A model generated the notes under the pieces. It was not told the DNA's origin. It did not search any database and saw only the letters and a program-made list of their open reading frames with translations. A DNA stretch of 62,267 bases, the filler included, from Sanchytrium tribonematis (Eukaryota): NCBI GenBank assembly GCA_018985235.1. It is 5 parts of 5 records of this genome, joined end to end, with 100 filler letters (N's around TTAATTAATTAA, not from the genome) between each part and the next. Parts side by side here need not be neighbours in the genome. Positions count along the whole stretch, not along the records: positions 25,021 to 37,385 come from JADGIG010000220.1; positions 37,486 to 49,845 come from JADGIG010000221.1; 3 more parts are not named here. One strand, written 5' to 3'. The position numbers and the translations under genes were made by a program. Shown here piece after piece: positions 31,662 through 43,451 of the stretch; within the stretch, counting starts at the first letter, position 1; the number at the start of each line of letters is the position of its first letter.

Positions 31662-33949
31662 ATAGTAATTTTAATTTGTTAAATACAGAAAGATGCTTGG
31701 ATGGAATCACAAATTGCCACTGGGTTAATTGCATGCTTGTAAATCGGTACAATTAATACTTCTAACATGATTAATAATTGCCCATTTATGTCAATTTAAC
31801 TGTATTTGGTAAAACTAGCAAATGCCTCTTTTTATCAGTCGGACTTGGCACATTCGAACAAACCAAATCAATATAATTTATTATTTCTTTTGCACGAACA
31901 TTCTTTTAAACGATAAAGATTTTCCAAGGGACTCTTTCAAATCACGCAGACCTCTCTATTTAAAGGGAAAATGTTATTTTTTAAATTGTTTTACTTACAA
32001 TTGATTGGCTAGTAGTAATTTAACGGTTGTTAATTTGTCAAAAAATATTTTTAATTTCTAGTCTACATTTTGCATTATATCCCAACCAGCAAAGAAACCA
32101 ATGACCTCTCATCAGAGAAAAAGAAGAATATTAAATATGTCAAATTACGAAAGTCTTAAAGTTGAACGAAGTGATCAACGAAACGACTTGGAACATGGCA
32201 TTACATTACTTTTCGATAAACAAAGACGAAAAATTGCAGATGATAATTGGTCATCAGACGAGCTGCACCAGTTTTGAATACGAGTTGGAAAAAATGAAAT
32301 CTCAGATTGTTGATATTTAGCTCGTGAGGAAACAAAACAAGAATTTTATGTCGCAAATTGTGAACAACTATACTTTACTTAAGGGAGCAGAGTAAAATTG
32401 CGTTGTTTTTGGGAAATTCAAATGAAATTTACATAAGTTTAAAAACCAGATTGATATTACTTTTTGAGCAGCCCAATCGTTGTAACGGCAACCAGGCAGT
32501 GAAAGTTAACCACAAAAATCGCAATTTTTCCAAGACTTATTGGTAAATGGGGAGAGGATATTTTAATTTCATCATACCAGATTTGAGAACGTGACAAGGC
32601 ATAATTCTTCTTAATACAAGTACTGAGACAATGGCCTGACTGTATCAAGCAAATATTTGATCAACTCTACCTTTTTTCTGGTCATGATTGTCTTGTCGCT
32701 AGAATACTCAAAAACAATGTAATTCTCAAAATTTACATGACATTCGATAATATTTTTGAAACTTTTGCCAATTTTTTGGTGCACTTTTGTCCGTATCAGT
32801 AATACCCAGAAATTTGGTTTTCAATATTACCTGCAATAAAAATGATCCCGAAATAACTGCGCAGTTTTTGATCAGTAAATGCTTAAATAATCTAAATTAG
32901 ATATAAATTTTGCAATTTGCAAATCAACTTTTCCTAATGGTTTTTTGTACTGTATTAGAGTTGCATTTTTTCAGTGATAATACATTATCTTCATTTAAAT
33001 ATTCAAAACTTTTTAAAGTAAACTTCTGACAAATTAATGTTAATATTTATATGATCCAAATACTAGCACGGTATATTGTTGTGGGTCATACTCCAACGGG
33101 AGGAGTTTTGACCCTGTAGACCCAAAAGGTTCACGAGGCGAGTTTGAGCTATTTATGATTGGCTCTTATATATTACAAAGACTTGTGATATATAAGGGGA
33201 CCAATCAAGAGAAGGACTAAAATACATACAAAGGGGTCATTCCCCAAATAAATATCTTATGTCAACGACTGCAAACTCTATACAACATATATGATTGGAC
33301 CCATCGCAATATAACAATTTCTTAAAGTTTATTATTAAATATCAAAAACCCAATAGGACGACCCCAAATCTAATAAGTGATCCGTGAACTTCAAATGGGA
33401 TTCATTATATCTTTCAAGATATTGTTCCTCGCGAAGAAATTTTTTCTATCAGAAGATGATTTCACATGACTAATTACAACATAAAGTTGTAGAGATTACC
33501 AAAAGTGTCTCAGATTACCAACGACGATAAAATGCAAATCATTGATTCCGATATTCTTGTTTTCCTATTCAGGTCAATGTTGTAAAAATTGTAAACAAGA
33601 TAAGTTAGTTCGGAATCTGTTTCTGCTCGACAATTGTGTTTTTTGAATATTTTAAAAAAATCCGAAGAATACACACATCTTATATGTGTATATTTTGTAA
33701 AAAGAAATATTATTTGGATTGTATGCGTGCATACTACGAAGTAGAAAATGATCGAACTGTTGCGTATTGTTTGTTATGTTTTGATCATCTCACTCATGGT
33801 TATTAGATCAATTTGGAGTCAAATAAATAGTAATTTTGAAGAAAAATACGAGGAGAGTTTCATTTTCATGCCACCTTATTGGGTTAAAGACGATCAAAAA
33901 ATTATTAAATTGCGAAAAGTTTGAAACATTCGCAATTATCCGAGTCCGA

Positions 33950-34927
33950 GGTGTAGTACATCTCCGTTTACAGGAGAGGTAGCTGTTTAGGATCTCCGGA
34001 TAGTAGATTTTTGCAGTTTTGAAATATTTGGCGCTGCATTATTTGCATAATGTACTCAAATAATTGCAGATCAATCATTAAGAACTCATCAATTATTAAC
34101 ATGTCCATTTTTAAAGGAACAGGATTTGATTTTTCGTTAAATCTAAAGTCTCACATGTTTCTTTTATTTCATGATATCGCAACTTGAGTTTTGAATGTAC
34201 AGTCGCTCCATTAATCAAAAATCCAGCTATCCCAGTACTTGCTATTACTTCTGCTTTAGTTTGATATCCATATTACTTTTCCACTTTTGCATGGTAATCA
34301 TTTACATTTACATCTTCACTTTGCCTTTTAATGCTATATCTTGCTACGCTCGGATCAAAGAACGTGTTTTTAATTATTTTTCCTTTGGAATTAAATCGAC
34401 ATTTCCGAGAAGTACCTAATTAATAATTGGAACAACTGTGGTATTGATGATAACTTAAAACAAATGTATTTCCTGGTGTTCTTTAAAAGAACGAATATCA
34501 GCCTGTATACCATTCGGAATATCATGGGGGACCTCTACATTTTTCCAACTATATAACATATGCATATGAACAGTTCCGCGTTTTTTGAAATTTAAATCTT
34601 TGAAAGTATTGGGAAATTGAGTTGTTAGTGTAACCAAACTCAAGGATTATTTAAACATTCTTTGTAATCTTTCATAGCAGTAATGATTTAATAATACTGG
34701 ATTAGCGGTGAAAATAGTTTCATTTCCATCTGGTTTTTTCCAAACTTTAGCAAGTATTTTTCTAAATCAGGCCAAGTTTGCTCAGAGAAGGAAAAAGTGA
34801 CAAACAAATGCGGCCATAGCAAAAAGACCCATTTTAGCTTTTCTGAAAAAAAGAACTGGATTTTTTTACATTCTTGTAAAACATCATTAATAGTCCCAAC
34901 TGTTTTGCATAATTTTCGGTAATACAA
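33950..34927 (-). mobile_element. Helitron/Helentron Rep-helicase remnant
   Basis: Rep motifs PHLFVTFSFSEQTWPDL and KRGTVHMHML (HUH), followed by Pif1 helicase motifs LIIDEFLMI and LLSGDPKQLP. Heavily deleted. Confidence 0.8.
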
Positions 34928-34982
34928 TATGTTTCTAAATAGTCAAAATGAAAAAAAAATCATCACATTCACGAAACGCCCG

Positions 34983-35086
34983 TGTAACGCGGAATGTGTT
35001 ATCAAATTAAGATAAAGGGATCTCTAGAAGCTTCTAATCGCTTAAATAGAGACATTGCCCCAATAAATATCTTATCTACATTTACA
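34983..35086 (+). repeat. Candidate 5' LTR (104 bp) of the Ty3/Gypsy element
   Basis: TGTAA...TTACA termini, internal AATAAA, and a PBS immediately downstream. The second LTR is not in the window. Confidence 0.65.
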
Positions 35087-35094
35087 TGGTAGCG
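35087..35094 (+). promoter_or_regulatory. Primer-binding site TGGTAGCG (initiator Met tRNA)
   Basis: Complementary to the CGCUACCA 3' end of fungal tRNAiMet, as in Ty3. Directly follows the LTR-terminal CA. Confidence 0.7.
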
Positions 35095-37385
35095 AATGAT
35101 TTAAAATCAACTGAAACAGGAGAGAAACAAAGTACTTCCGATGGAGACAATGGTACTCCAACACCTCAACAACAGGATGAAACACTTATTTCCTTAAGTG
35201 AGAAATATGATGGTGAAGAATTTGAGGAAATCCCAACTAGTGCACCTCCATCTAACTCAGAAGATGTGATTAATTTTGGAGAGTTGATGCAACAATTTGC
35301 AGACTAACAAAAGAAAGTCAATGCAATTTGTCAACCGGGACCTGGAATTAGACCTACACCTCCTTGGGTTCAAAATGAAAACAAAGAACTGGTGAAAGAG
35401 TTCAAGTACAACATTCCAGCATTCGACGAAAAGAAAGAAAAAGTTGATGAATGGTTATCCAAAATGGAGGATAACAAAGAATTACTTGGTTGGTCTGAAG
35501 AGTGCTTATACAAAGAAGTCAAATTAAGATTGCCTTCCTCCATTTTTAAACAAATTCAAAATTGTGAAAAGAACTATGAAAGTTTAAAAGCAACTTTGTT
35601 ATTGGAGCTAAAACCACCTAGTAATGATATTAAGTATACGCATGAATTTTTTAGATTGTCACAAAGACAAAATCAAACTATTCAGCAATATGTCAAAGTT
35701 TTGAAAGAATTTCATCACAAATGCAACTTTGACACTGATGATCCAAATGAATGTATTATTTTCTTTCGGAAATTTTGCTCTTCATTATTGGATTCAAGAA
35801 TTATGAGACAAATTATAGCTGAATGATGTCAAAACTTTCGTGAAGCCTATGAATTGGCTATTAATTTGGAATCCGAAGCAACGAACGACTACAAGTCAGT
35901 TCATATGAAAAAGAAGAGCTTCAGTGGTTCTAATCAACCTTTCAAACAATCGGATCATAAAGAAGAATTTAAGAAACCTTATTACCAAGGTAAATCTTCT
36001 AAAGGCAAAAAACCATTCTTCAAAAAGCCAGAAATTAAAAAAGTAAATGGTTCAAACTATTTCGACAATTCTTGCGGAAATTCGGCCCGTCAACACAATT
36101 TGTAATATATTGATGGATACAGGAGCTAGCCATTGCTTTATGAGTGAAGCAACAGCGTTTGATTTGCAGTTAAAAATTAAGCCAGCTAAGCTCGATGAGA
36201 CAGAATCAGCAAATGGATCAAAATTGACCATTATTGGTTTTGCTCAGTGTAGTGTTTATTATTCGCAAACACCTGTCAAGCACAATTTTTACATTATTCG
36301 TAATCTAGCATCTAATATCATAATTGGGAGAGATAGCATGAGATTACAGAATATGAATATTGACTTTGAACGAAACTTTATCTGGATCAATGGTATGCCA
36401 ATTCGCATGAATCGTAGTCCAGATGAGGTAGCAGTTCAAACAGCAATGTTAAATTATGTCAGTACTTCTAAAAATAGCAAATTAAAAAAGTTTCAACTTC
36501 AGGAAATCCTGAAAGATATTACAAACGATTACGATTTGCATAGTGAAGATATTGTACTTCCAAATGAAAAAGACGACAACTCACCCAGAGACTTAGTGAT
36601 AAACGATAAACTAACAGAAGAACAGCAACAAGAACTTCGAAACGTAGCAAACCAGTTTCTGCCATGTTTTGGTTCTGAGAATAAGACTCGAGTTAGAACA
36701 AGACATCACATTAGAACGGATTGCGAACCTGTCAGAGCAGGAATCATAAAAGAGGAATGCGAAAAGATGCTAAAGGAAGACAGGATTGAACATTCCTGTT
36801 TTGACTGGCGCTCATCTGTAGTCTTAATTCCGAAGCCTGACGGATCAGTTCGTTTTTGTGTAAACTATAAACTATTTAACAAACAAACGAATTTCGACGC
36901 ATATCCTTTACCAAACTTACAATCTCTATTATCAAAACTTCAATGAGCAAAATTTTTCATTTTACTGGATCTTAAATCCGGATACTGGCAAATTAATTTA
37001 GCCGAGAAAGATAAAGAAAAAACAGCATTTGTTACACCATTTGGACTATTTCAATTTAAAGTTGTACCATTTGGGTTGTCAACCGCTCCAGCCACTTTTC
37101 AAAGACTCAAGAATGAGATCTTTGACAAAATGATGGGCAAAGATCTATTAATTTATTTAGATGATCTATTAATTTATGCTTCGACTTTCGAGGAATTAAT
37201 TGAAAAATTTGTCAGAGTTCTAAGAAAGTTGGAATTGCATGGTCTAACTCTCAGTGACAAGAAATGCCACTTGGGAATGACAAAAATTAATTTTCTGGGT
37301 TTCCAAATTTCCGCAGAAGGCATTCAAGCTTGTGAGGAAAAGATTAAAGCCGTAAAAGACCTTTCTGCGCCCAGCACAGTCACAC

Positions 37386-37485
37386 NNNNNNNNNNNNNNN
37401 NNNNNNNNNNNNNNNNNNNNNNNNNNNNNTTAATTAATTAANNNNNNNNNNNNNNNNNNNNNNNNNNNNNNNNNNNNNNNNNNNN
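37386..37485. other. Artificial contig-joining linker
   Basis: N44-TTAATTAATTAA-N44. Confidence 0.98.
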
Positions 37486-38549
37486 GTTCTGATCCCAATG
37501 GCATTCTCAATTTCCATTGCAATGGGTTTGTCGATGGCTATTTCCATTCTATTGTCGATCTCTTCTTCCATTGTCAAGTCCATGTCAATTTCTCTTTTAT
37601 AGTCAATAACCATTGGGTCCCAGGTCTGAATGGAACAAGTTGCACAGCCTCCCACTGGGCTATCTAGAATCATATAATCGACAGACTCAGTCGAATTTAA
37701 AATACTGCATGAAAGAGGAGGGTCATCTATATCCATTGGCTCACTACAATCCATTGGATCTACACAGTAAGATAAATCAATTGAATCTAGATATTGAATG
37801 TTATGTATTGAGTTTAGATTGGATTCATTCCTGTCTGGATTTTCTAACAAGTTTTGAGAAACAGCCGAAACAGACGATTGAGCTTGGTTCACTAGAATTC
37901 GACTGGTCTGCTCATATTCTGAGACAGAAGATGAAGTATTGCTTAAAATTTCGCTTGAAATTGATTCATCAGTAGTGGACTCGATTTCATCCAAAACTTT
38001 TGCAGGAGCTGCTTCTCTTTCGATTACACTATTTTCAGTTTTAAATTTTTCTAGGATAGATTCTGCATGCTTCTCGTCAAGCCTTTTTGGCTCCAAATCT
38101 GCTATAATTGGTGGCACTTTAATTTCCGGCTCTACAGTTATTGCTGAATCTGTTTTTATTAGCTCCTTTACTAATAGTTTATATTGCACATCCAGTTCCT
38201 GTTTAGATTTAGTATGTAAGCGAGGTGTTCTGCTTCTTTTTTTATATTCATTTAAAGAACCAAAAAGTATAGTTGCTCTAATTTTCAAGGTCTCTTTTTC
38301 AATATGGGCTAGTTTGTCTGTTGGCTCTTTTTCATTCGCTTTTTTCTTTTTATTTGCAATAAAGTCATGATTATAGAGTCTCTTTTGCGATGTAGTCAAA
38401 TTTTGCAAAATTAGCTCTTCATTTACCAAATGCAAAGTGTTTCCAAATAGAAAGATGACAAAGTTTGTCAAGCTAATAAAAATAGCATGTAGTTGTGCAA
38501 ATACTGCAATTTCCAAGTATTGAAAGAGGAAAAAGATATTAAATGCCAT
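37486..38549 (-). CDS. Hypothetical protein with a hydrophobic N-terminus and acidic xM(D/E)I repeats, 3'-truncated
   Basis: More than 350 open codons, with recurring PMDID/MEI motifs. No family recognised. Confidence 0.55.
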
Positions 38550-38787
38550 GGCCTTTTTTTATGAGCAAGCCACATCTGAATTTTAAGGCAACAAATTCGC
38601 ATATTAGCGAGAACAGCGCTTTAATAAGTCTGAATATTTTTAAATTAAGATATTAAATTCATATTAAAAGAAGAAAATGATTGTAGAAGAATGAAAGAAG
38701 CATTTAATTCAAGTTATTTAAAATGAACAATAAACATTATCATAATTCGAATATTTATCAATTTAAGTCTCCACTTCGTTCAACTCC

Positions 38788-41700
38788 ATGTTTCTACAAA
38801 GGTTGTGCAGAAATAAGATCCTGGTACTTGGCAGTGGCGGGCTAAGTATTGGACAGGCGGGAGAATTCGACTACAGCGGGAGTCAAGCAATCAAAGCTCT
38901 ACAACAAGATGGGCATCAAACAATATTAATTAATGCTAATATTGCAAGTATCCAGTCACAATTATGCGACCAAGTGTACTACTTACCCGTTAATAAAAAG
39001 TATGTGACCCAAGTTATAGAAAAAGAAAAACCCCAAAGTGTACTCTTAAGTGTAGGAGGACAGACTGCCATGAATATTGGCTTGGAGTTGGAGAGCGTTT
39101 TTCAAAGCAATGGTGTAGAGGTTCTAGGAACTCCTCTATCAAGTGTCAAAATAGCTGAAGATAGAGATTTATTTGCTAACGCGTTGATGGATATAAACAT
39201 TCCAATTGCCCCAAGTATTGCTGCCTATACTGTCGAAGAAGCATTGAAAGCTGCGGATCAAATCACATATCCCGTAATTATCAGAAGTGCATTTAGTTTA
39301 GGGGGTTTGGGTAGTGGCTTCGCTCACAACAAAGAAGAACTTCAAGCATTAGCTACAAAATCGTTGACTCTCTCAAATCAAATTTTAATTGAAAAGTCAA
39401 TGGTCGGTTGGAAGGAAATCGAATACGAAGTGATGAGAGATAAAGATGATAACACTATTTGTATTTGCAATATGGAAAATTTTGATCCATTGGGAGTGCA
39501 TACTGGCGATTCCTGCGTAGTGGCTCCGTCTCAAACATTAAATGATAAGGAACATCAAATGCTAAGACAAGCAAGTATTGATATTGTTCGAAAAGTAGGC
39601 GTCATTGGAGAATGTAATGTGCAATTCGCTTTAAATCCAAACAAATATGAATTTAAAGTTATTGAAATGAATCCACGTTTGAGTCGGTCATCCGCTCTTG
39701 CTAGTAAAGCTACTGGCTATCCATTGGCATATTTGAGTACCAAATTGGCACTCGGACATGTCCTGACAGATTTAAAGAATGTTGTTACAAAAACAACAAC
39801 CGCTGGATTTGAACCAAGTCTAGACTATGTTGTTGTCAAGTTCCCCAAGTGGGATTTGGCAAAATTTCCGAATGTAAGTCGCAAAATTGGATCTCAAATG
39901 AAAGCAATCGGAGAAGTCATGGCAATCGGTAAAACATTTGAGGAATCATTTCAAAAAGGTTTGCGATGTCTTGGATTGCAAGGATTTGAACCTCATCGAA
40001 TAAGCAAAGATGTGCATGAAGAATTGAAAACGAGTGGTACTGATAAAAAATATTGGTCCAAAATCCTCAGCGAACCCACAGACGAAAGAATATTTGCAAT
40101 TGCCAATGCATTTCATCACGGTTTATCTGCCGAACTTATACATGAATTTTCCAAAATTGATTTATTTTTTCTGTATAAGTTGGAAAATATTTACAACATG
40201 CAATTGGCTCTGGCAAATGGTTTAGACTCTGAAACTCTAAAGGAATGTAAAAAACTTGGCTTTAGTGATGCACAAATTGCCAAATATACAGCTGACTCTG
40301 AGAAATCTATCCGCGAAAAAAGAAAATCTTTGAATATTTTACCTTTTGTAAAGAGAATAGACACTTTGGCAGGTGAATTTCCGTCTGATAATAATTATTT
40401 ATACATGACGTATCATGGAGACGAACATGATCTTCATTTTGATCAAAAGGGAATCATTGTATTAGGGAGTGGCGTCTACAGAATTGGTAGCAGTTGTGAA
40501 TTCGACTGGTGTACAACCAGTGCATTAAGGTCAATAAGGAATTTGGGAAAATCAACCATTAGCATTAATAATAATCCAGAGACAGTTAGCACAGATTACG
40601 ATGAAAGTGACAGACTGTATTTTGAAGAGTTGACTGTTGAAAGAATTTTAGATATTTATGAGCTTGAGAAGAGCCAAGGAATAATTGTTAGTGTAGGAGG
40701 ACAAACTTCTCAAAATGTTTCAGTTGAATTAAATGCATACGGCTGTAAAATATTTGGTACATCGACAGAGAATATCAATAAGGCTGAATCTCGAAATTTA
40801 TTTGGAGAAATTCTGGATGAACTAGAAATTAAACAACCCGAATGGCACTCAATAGTGAGCGAAAAAGAAGCAACTCAATTTGCGAAAGATTTATATCCCG
40901 TTTTAGTTAGACCAAGCTGGGTTTTGAGTGGCAGTGCATTTCAAATTTGCCACAATGAGGAAGAATTGCAATCTTTTATGAAGCTCATAAAAATTGATAA
41001 AGATTTCCCTGTAGTATTGTCTCAATTTATTGAAAATGCTCAAGAAATTGATTTTGATGGCGTGGCCAAAAGTGGCAAAGTCATTTGCTATGAAATATCA
41101 GAACATCTGGAACCTGCTGGAATTCATTCAGGTGATGCTTCATTGGTTTTACCAAACAAATTTAGTCATGATCCCAATATATTGAATATAGCTGCTAAAA
41201 TTGCTAAATATTTAGAAATTACTGGGCCATTTAACATGCAAATTATACACAGAAATGGCGAATATTATGTAGTTGAATGTAACATTAGAGCAAGTAGATC
41301 CTTCCCACTTGTTAGCAAAGTGAAAGGATTTAATTTTATCGATGTAGCCATTCAATCAATGATGAATACCAAACCTATTTTTCAAGCTAATAGCAAAGAA
41401 TTTACTTGTGTCAAGGTTCCCCAATTCTCATGGAATAGGTTATCTGGTGCTGATGTGTTACTTGGTGTTGAAATGAGAAGTACCGGTGAAGTTGCCGGAT
41501 TTGCTAATTCTTTGGAAGGAGCATTTAAAATTGCAATGGAAGGCACAAATTATTTTAAATTTCCACAAAAAGGAGTTTTAATTGAGCAGCAAGATCAAAA
41601 ATATGAAGAAAAGTTGATTGAAGCGTGTAAAAATATCAATAATTTACCAATCTTTGTTTTGGCAAATAACAATTTTGAAAAGTTATTGAAGCAAAACAAC

Positions 41701-41943
41701 ATCAAATATACTACAATTAAACTGGACAGTTATAAAGAACTATCAAAAATCATTGATTTATGTCTATTTTTTGGTGGAAACAAAATAGGTGATGAATTTT
41801 ATCAGCTACGCCGCGGATTGACTGATTTGGGTGTTCCCGTTATAACAGATGCCAATATATGTGTACACACTTCCAAGTTATTATCTACTAAAGATGCTTC
41901 ATTGAAATCCTGGCAAGAATGGACTGGACATTCGAAAATGTAA
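38788..41943 (+). CDS. CPA2: Arginine-specific carbamoyl-phosphate synthase large chain
   Basis: LGSGGLSIGQAGEFDYSGSQA, two ATP-grasp domains and LSRSSALASKATGYP. Stand-alone large subunit. Confidence 0.95.
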   Translation: MFLQRLCRNKILVLGSGGLSIGQAGEFDYSGSQAIKALQQDGHQTILINANIASIQSQLCDQVYYLPVNKKYVTQVIEKEKPQSVLLSVGGQTAMNIGLELESVFQSNGVEVLGTPLSSVKIAEDRDLFANALMDINIPIAPSIAAYTVEEALKAADQITYPVIIRSAFSLGGLGSGFAHNKEELQALATKSLTLSNQILIEKSMVGWKEIEYEVMRDKDDNTICICNMENFDPLGVHTGDSCVVAPSQTLNDKEHQMLRQASIDIVRKVGVIGECNVQFALNPNKYEFKVIEMNPRLSRSSALASKATGYPLAYLSTKLALGHVLTDLKNVVTKTTTAGFEPSLDYVVVKFPKWDLAKFPNVSRKIGSQMKAIGEVMAIGKTFEESFQKGLRCLGLQGFEPHRISKDVHEELKTSGTDKKYWSKILSEPTDERIFAIANAFHHGLSAELIHEFSKIDLFFLYKLENIYNMQLALANGLDSETLKECKKLGFSDAQIAKYTADSEKSIREKRKSLNILPFVKRIDTLAGEFPSDNNYLYMTYHGDEHDLHFDQKGIIVLGSGVYRIGSSCEFDWCTTSALRSIRNLGKSTISINNNPETVSTDYDESDRLYFEELTVERILDIYELEKSQGIIVSVGGQTSQNVSVELNAYGCKIFGTSTENINKAESRNLFGEILDELEIKQPEWHSIVSEKEATQFAKDLYPVLVRPSWVLSGSAFQICHNEEELQSFMKLIKIDKDFPVVLSQFIENAQEIDFDGVAKSGKVICYEISEHLEPAGIHSGDASLVLPNKFSHDPNILNIAAKIAKYLEITGPFNMQIIHRNGEYYVVECNIRASRSFPLVSKVKGFNFIDVAIQSMMNTKPIFQANSKEFTCVKVPQFSWNRLSGADVLLGVEMRSTGEVAGFANSLEGAFKIAMEGTNYFKFPQKGVLIEQQDQKYEEKLIEACKNINNLPIFVLANNNFEKLLKQNNIKYTTIKLDSYKELSKIIDLCLFFGGNKIGDEFYQLRRGLTDLGVPVITDANICVHTSKLLSTKDASLKSWQEWTGHSKM

Positions 41944-41979
41944 TTATTTTATTGAAATTATCATACAATCAGTTTCTAC

Positions 41980-42555
41980 TCAAGTTTGAGCATATTCAAT
42001 GATCATGGGCTTACTTTTTGTAATCAAGAAATTATGCAACGTGGATTTGGCTAATTTTGCCTGTTCTTCAGTTTGATAATCTACATATGCGACATCAGTT
42101 CTCCCAGCAACTAATCTAACTTGAATAAATCCCTCATACTGTTGAAAGAGCAAGCCGAGCATGTCATCACTAACTTCACTAGGCAAATTTTGAACATATA
42201 ATATATTACTAGGATTCTCAATCTCTTCAACATCCATGTCTACAGGCACATTTTCTTTTTTAGTCGAATATTCTCCATTAAAAATTGAAAGCTGCTTTCC
42301 GTTTTCCTTGGCGTAATCTAGTTTCATAGGTTTACCGAATATTATTTTGCTTTGAAATTGCTGAATTGCTGCAACTGCATCTTGGAGTTCTGCAAAAACA
42401 ATAAATGCTTGTCCGCGCATTTTCGCAGATTTGAGAGCCACGATATCAAGAACAGTTCCACATTGACTAAACAGTAAATAAAGGGTTTCCTTAAGGGTAT
42501 TCTTATTAATTTTATCATTTAAATTGTGAGCATAAATTGTATTTTTAGGTTTCAT
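41980..42555 (-). CDS. U1A/U2B'' snRNP two-RRM protein
   Basis: NTIYAHNLNDKI..LYLLFSQ..KMRGQAF, plus a second RRM ILYVQNLP..VRLV. Confidence 0.9.
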   Translation of the reverse strand: MKPKNTIYAHNLNDKINKNTLKETLYLLFSQCGTVLDIVALKSAKMRGQAFIVFAELQDAVAAIQQFQSKIIFGKPMKLDYAKENGKQLSIFNGEYSTKKENVPVDMDVEEIENPSNILYVQNLPSEVSDDMLGLLFQQYEGFIQVRLVAGRTDVAYVDYQTEEQAKLAKSTLHNFLITKSKPMIIEYAQT

Positions 42556-42651
42556 CCTTGAAATTGTCAGGATTTCAGCCAAATAATATTTGCAGACTGC
42601 GAGCAATTCACTAGATAATTCTGTTGTATCAAGATTTTGTGTGGCTTTAAA

Positions 42652-43173
42652 ATGGATCTCGACATCTTGTTGATTCCCCAAGCAAATAAATATCTCGGAA
42701 CAAAATCATTCAAATTACACGATAATGAAGAGAAAGCTATAGGAAGAAATGGTAGCAAATCAGATATAATGTTTAATTCTAAAGTAATTAGCAGAAAACA
42801 CGCGTACATCATTTTTAAAAATTCCAAAGTGTATATTAGAGATGCTGGTAGCTCATCAGGTACATTTATTAATACAATTAGATTATCACCAATGGGAAGA
42901 GATTCTGACTGGGCAGAAATCAGAGATGGTGATGCAATACAATTTGGAGAAACTTTCCAACAAAACGATAACATTCATCCGTGTGTTCAGTGTAAAATGT
43001 ATTTAGCTAAACAATTTAATGGAGACTTAATTGGACCAGAAATTGCTAGCAATATTGAAGAAGAGTTTGAAGAGATGGTTAAATTCTTGGATGAGAAATC
43101 AAATATTTTGGCTATCTTCGAAGCAAGAAAAACCAAGTCAAATGGCAGTATAAAACCAGGTAATAATAATTAA
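42652..43173 (+). CDS. FHA-domain protein
   Basis: IGR..FNSKVISRKHA..IRDAGSSSGTFIN..DGDAIQFG. Confidence 0.88.
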   Translation: MDLDILLIPQANKYLGTKSFKLHDNEEKAIGRNGSKSDIMFNSKVISRKHAYIIFKNSKVYIRDAGSSSGTFINTIRLSPMGRDSDWAEIRDGDAIQFGETFQQNDNIHPCVQCKMYLAKQFNGDLIGPEIASNIEEEFEEMVKFLDEKSNILAIFEARKTKSNGSIKPGNNN

Positions 43174-43216
43174 TCTAGTTGACATTGAAGTTTACAAGAA
43201 AATACAAAGAAAGTAT

Positions 43217-43447
43217 ATGCTGGATCCATTGACAACTGATACAGATATGGCTCTATTTGCAATAATCGATGAATTTTTAGGTGATTATCCAGATCTTCAA
43301 AAAACCCTTATTGACGCATTAAAAGCTAAATTGCAGCAATTGCATCCAAGTGATAAGTCCACATCAAGGCGGGAAAGTGAAATATTTTCAGGAACTTTTC
43401 AAACTGCACACCGCAGTACAGACCTCGAATTACCCTCAATTTTTTAA
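43217..43447 (+). CDS. Small hypothetical protein
   Basis: 76-aa ATG ORF that fills the gap between two genes and ends at a shared AATAAA. Confidence 0.45.
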   Translation: MLDPLTTDTDMALFAIIDEFLGDYPDLQKTLIDALKAKLQQLHPSDKSTSRRESEIFSGTFQTAHRSTDLELPSIF

Positions 43448-43451
43448 TAAA

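Larger units (their letters stand above)
34983..37385 (+). mobile_element. Ty3/Gypsy LTR retrotransposon (gag, protease, RT; disrupted, cut by the contig end)
   Basis: Gag 35086-36105 with stops and shifts, aspartic protease ILMDTGASH, and RT VLIPKPDGSVRFCVNY..LDLKSGYWQI..YLDD directly after the protease (Gypsy order). Confidence 0.93.

Noticed and set aside
31700..33060. Broken coding-like frames in the TE-rich contig (also 34-520, 44400-44900, 46437-47330)
   Set aside because: Probably TE debris, but I could not assign any motif with confidence.
36040..36105. Programmed gag-pol frameshift
   Set aside because: Pol is +1 to gag, but I see no Ty1/Ty3-type shift heptamer, and the element carries several other disabling mutations.
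38788..41943. Possible non-standard genetic code, as in some early-diverging opisthokont parasites
   Set aside because: Long conserved genes are fully open in the standard code and end at TAA, TAG or TGA at the expected positions.
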